A stretch of 64,000 bases of DNA from positions 24,010 through 88,009 of IMG/VR virus record IMGVR_UViG_3300042858_000011. One strand, written 5' to 3'. Position numbers and translations under genes: made by a program. Below are positions 61,020 through 64,000 of this stretch, piece by piece (positions within the stretch are counted from its first letter, which is position 1; every line of letters starts with the position of its first letter). The notes beneath the pieces are model-generated. The model was not told the origin of the DNA. It worked only from the letters and a program-made list of their open reading frames with translations, and did no database searches. The DNA is from a virus (taxonomy: Duplodnaviria > Caudoviricetes).

Positions 61020-61635
61020 CATAGTTTTATCCTACAGCAAGAATTATTTGGAGCCTGATTTAGTTGATTATATGCTTGATATATTGCCAACAAAAGGTAG
61101 AGATAATTACAGTGCATTGATTGTTGATGATGATTTTAGTGTTAGCTTAATACATAACAAAGATTATGATACATTCAAAACATTAGTTGATTTACATATG
61201 CCAACTAAGTTGTTATTACTACATAGTAGAGCAATACCAGAAACAGAAACAAATACATACAATGGACCGAATATTTACACAAACAATAGATTTTATGTAG
61301 CACATCACGGAATAATACCAAATGCAGAACAAATAAACAAAAACATTAAGATTGATAGTCAGGCTTTGCTTGATATATATGAGACTATTGATTACGAGAA
61401 CATTGACAATTGGTTTATGCAATCAGTAAAAAAATATCCAAGAGCAAGTGTAGAAATAGTTTATGATGTAGAAAATGATAAGCTAGTTATTGCAAATACA
61501 TTTATGCCTCTATATTACACCATTATTGATGATATGTATATATATGTTGCATATAAAGCTGATGATAGATTCTGTAGTATGCAACCATATAGTGTTAAAG
61601 TTATTGATCTCAAAGAGATTTTAGTTTACAAGTAG
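61012..61635 (+). CDS. class II glutamine amidotransferase (Gat), stand-alone partner of QueC
   Basis: N-terminal Met-Cys, KGRD, HSRAIPETE, VAHHGIIPN, IDSQ; overlaps queC stop with SD aggag. Confidence 0.85.
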   Translation: MCNIVLSYSKNYLEPDLVDYMLDILPTKGRDNYSALIVDDDFSVSLIHNKDYDTFKTLVDLHMPTKLLLLHSRAIPETETNTYNGPNIYTNNRFYVAHHGIIPNAEQINKNIKIDSQALLDIYETIDYENIDNWFMQSVKKYPRASVEIVYDVENDKLVIANTFMPLYYTIIDDMYIYVAYKADDRFCSMQPYSVKVIDLKEILVYK

Positions 61636-61771
61636 ATTTGCTAGAAATCTAAGTGCAAATTCCCTGAAGTACTTTGCGGTATTATATGGCTTGGATTATA
61701 TGGGCATGTATCGCAACTTAAAAGATCTTTATGCTATACAGGTTGAGTAAAATATACTTTAAGCATACTAC

Positions 61772-61846
61772 GCATGTTATCTATTTAGTAAAAAACAATA
61801 ACAAAAAAATCATTTTAAGATCAGAATAAAAATCTACCTAAATTTA
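61772..61846 (+). repeat. 75-bp promoter cassette, copy 2
   Basis: Inverted near-identical copy of 31973..32047. Confidence 0.9.
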
Positions 61847-61851
61847 TTAAT

Positions 61852-62043
61852 ATGGACAGGGAAAAGTTAACAAGTGACAGATTTCTAAAAATTCACCTTG
61901 AGAATGGTGAATTATTAGTCGTAGATGTAAACAATTTAAACGATGATTATGAAAGAATTCTGAATCAAAAACAGAAGATTATAAGAATAGAAACTTGTGA
62001 ATGGACATGGAATTTGGTGTCTAACGAAATTATATTTCATTAG
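61852..62043 (+). CDS. small hypothetical protein
   Basis: CTAAATTT-N6-ATG supplied by the cassette. Confidence 0.6.
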   Translation: MDREKLTSDRFLKIHLENGELLVVDVNNLNDDYERILNQKQKIIRIETCEWTWNLVSNEIIFH

Positions 62044-62112
62044 CTCTCCCTCTCTCTTCCCATAATATATATAACTCAGTAGAAGGTTAAAACAAAGAAA
62101 GGAGGTGGTGCT

Positions 62113-62514
62113 ATGGTAGTGTTTGAATTCAGAGGAAGGAATAAGGATGCTAAGAAATGTGAGGTGGTAGCATACGGAAAGAAGTGCACATTGAAACAAC
62201 TTCTAATTTTTCAAGCTGTGATGTATAGTTTACATGACTCCACGAACTTTTACATTGCTTATAAAGATGAGTATGATAAGGACTGTTGCATGATTACACT
62301 TGAGAACGATAGATACTTAGTGCGTTTTCTTTTACCCAAATATGTTTCTACCGTAGAGGCTAAAACAATGATTTTCTGGTTTTCAATGAGAAAAGTTTCT
62401 CCTATGGAAATGCTCCTCTTCATTTTGGAAAACGCATCAGACATACTCATTAAGACTCCAAGAGGAAGTTTCAAAATCTCTCCTCCGTCTGGAGGAGACC
62501 TTGTTATTGAGTAA
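62113..62514 (+). CDS. hypothetical protein, accessory
   Basis: Strong SD aaggaggtg. Confidence 0.75.
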   Translation: MVVFEFRGRNKDAKKCEVVAYGKKCTLKQLLIFQAVMYSLHDSTNFYIAYKDEYDKDCCMITLENDRYLVRFLLPKYVSTVEAKTMIFWFSMRKVSPMEMLLFILENASDILIKTPRGSFKISPPSGGDLVIE

Positions 62515-62649
62515 TCTGGAGGATGGATAAGCACCATTTTCTCTCCCTCTACGAATAAATTTCGTTTTCAGCGAGTATTTTGATAGTATTGATTAATCGT
62601 TATCATCATAAACAATATTTTTTTGCTCAACAAGTCTAAAATTTATTCT

Positions 62650-63135
62650 ATGAATATAGTAAGCACAGTTCTAAACAAACTATTTAACAAACCCGTTGAT
62701 GTTAAAATCAAGGTATTACCTCATGCTAGAACATTACCCATACCAAGATATATGTCAGATGGAGCTGTCGGATTTGATCTGTATGCTGCAATAGCAGATC
62801 GAATAACAATACCACCATTTGAGACAGGATTAATACCAACAGGTATTATGATTGAATTGCCTAGAGGTTATGAATTACAAATTAGACCTAGAAGCGGATT
62901 GGCATTAAACTATAAAGTAACGATTCTAAATAGCCCAGGCACAATAGATTGGGATTATAGAGGAGAAATAAAGATTATATTGATAAACTTAAGCAATTCA
63001 CCATTCACAATACAAAGAGGTGATAGAATTGCTCAAGCAGTATTGAGTAGAGTATATAGAGCAAATCTTATTGTTTCCGATGAATTAAGCGAGACATTAA
63101 GAGGTGATAAAGGATTTGGAAGCACAGGTATATGA
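62650..63135 (+). CDS. dut: trimeric dUTPase
   Basis: GFDL, RPRSG, GTIDWDYRGEI, RIAQ, RGDKGFGSTG. Confidence 0.97.
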   Translation: MNIVSTVLNKLFNKPVDVKIKVLPHARTLPIPRYMSDGAVGFDLYAAIADRITIPPFETGLIPTGIMIELPRGYELQIRPRSGLALNYKVTILNSPGTIDWDYRGEIKIILINLSNSPFTIQRGDRIAQAVLSRVYRANLIVSDELSETLRGDKGFGSTGI

Positions 63136-63200
63136 TAATATGTCCTCTTGACTTTTATAAAGTTGTATAAAATTAAATTAAAACTTTAGGAGGTGAAGCC

Positions 63201-63659
63201 ATGAGGAAAAAGCAACGGCTAACCCAAGAAGGAGGAGAAGCTATGAGGAACCTAAGAGTGGTCTGGAGCACAATCGATGCGGCTAATCGTGTTCATACCT
63301 TTCTCATCGTAGAATTTACAGATGAGGAGGATTACGAGGAATTTTGGAGCATCCCGCCCGGAGTAGGAAAAAGCGTTTTCTTGTCTGAAAAACTGGAAGG
63401 GAAAAGGGTTTTTGTTCCTGATGCAGTAGGCGGTCGTGAAATTGAGTTTCCTCCGTATTTTGACGAGTATGGTAGGAAGAATCTGTTTTGGTATAACAAC
63501 GTATATGAAACCTATAGAAGGGCTTTAGAGAGGCTAACAGAAGAATGGGCAGAGCGGTTAAGCGATTATTACAGAGAAGATGAAGAGGAAGCTTTGTGGG
63601 AAGAAGCAAGAGAAATGGCTGAAGAGGAGCTAAAAAATCTACCCGTTGTGAAAATATAA
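63201..63659 (+). CDS. highly acidic hypothetical protein A, second copy
   Basis: Close paralog of 32673..33131; SD aggaggtg. Confidence 0.85.
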   Translation: MRKKQRLTQEGGEAMRNLRVVWSTIDAANRVHTFLIVEFTDEEDYEEFWSIPPGVGKSVFLSEKLEGKRVFVPDAVGGREIEFPPYFDEYGRKNLFWYNNVYETYRRALERLTEEWAERLSDYYREDEEEALWEEAREMAEEELKNLPVVKI

Positions 63660-63676
63660 CAAAGGAGGTGTTTGCC

Positions 63677-64000
63677 ATGAAGATGGAAGAACTTAAGAAC
63701 ATAACCGAAAACACTAAAGAAGGAGGTGAAGCTATGACGAAAGAAAAACTTGACAAAATACTAAGAGACTTAGGTTTTGCAAGAACGAAGGAAGTGCTTG
63801 TTCCGTTTGTTCCACCGTATGGAAAGCATTTTGAGATTGTGCACTCTATTAATGATTATGAGGTGGAAGTGGAAGAAAACCCAAAAGAAAATCATTTCGC
63901 AAATGAAGGAGCAGCATTGGTTCTTGAGATACTTTTTAGAGTAGAAGGGTCGGACATTCTCTACCATATAGATGTTTATCGGGTTGTGATGTGTGATTTG
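63677..64000 (+). CDS. acidic hypothetical protein B, second copy, partial
   Basis: Identical to the 5' part of 32137..32655; runs off window end. Confidence 0.85.
   Translation, partial: MKMEELKNITENTKEGGEAMTKEKLDKILRDLGFARTKEVLVPFVPPYGKHFEIVHSINDYEVEVEENPKENHFANEGAALVLEILFRVEGSDILYHIDVYRVVMCDL

Noticed and set aside
63148-63173. Canonical sigma70 promoter before gene A (TTGACT...TAAAAT)
   Set aside because: Spacing is 14 nt rather than 16-18; conserved in both copies, so probably regulatory, but the type cannot be called
3679-63967. Numerous 60-146 aa ORFs antisense to or nested in long genes
   Set aside because: Shadow frames lacking either start motif or recognisable domains
1-64000. 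Archaeal host or cellular genome (RFC-like, Hjc-like, Gat/QueC, DUF1874, oligo-T terminators)
   Set aside because: Capsid/tail genes show a virus; SLT and M23-like hydrolases and bacterial-type NrdB favour a bacterial host; the AT box is at -13, not at the archaeal TATA position
1-64000. tRNA/rRNA genes, chimallin or PhuZ tubulin
   Set aside because: None recognised by eye; absence not proven without searches

Overview
AT-rich, gene-dense segment of a large myovirus-type (contractile-tailed) dsDNA phage genome. It combines T4-like virion genes (gp23-like capsid, sheath, two tube paralogs, gp13-like neck, baseplate) with a fragmented multi-subunit RNA polymerase of phiKZ/AR9 style (beta N, beta C, beta' N-to-catalytic, probable beta' C, probable sigma-like subunit). 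It also carries a split family-B DNA polymerase, DnaB helicase, DnaG- and AEP-type primases, RFC-like clamp loader, RecA/UvsX, RNR beta, dUTPase, a 7-deazaguanine pathway (folE, queD, queC plus a stand-alone Gat) and an AcrIII-1 ring nuclease. A lytic transglycosylase and an Aquifex-like NrdB point to a thermophilic bacterial host, probably Aquificota (inference). The most striking structure is regulatory: almost every core gene lacks a Shine-Dalgarno and is preceded at fixed distance by one of two motifs, CA-N6-CTAAATTT-N6-ATG (replication/metabolism genes) or AGC 12-15 nt before ATG (virion/lysis genes), and many end in hairpin-less T tracts. The beta' ORF ends 44 aa after its DFDGD motif in what looks like a short split-intein N-half. 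There are also SD-led, GC-richer accessory islands duplicated in inverted orientation and a graded series of IS200/IS605 miniatures, one retaining a promoter-driven TnpB omega-RNA-like scaffold. Many CDS starts were trimmed from the ORF track to the motif-supported ATG. All protein calls rest on motif recognition by eye; no searches were run.
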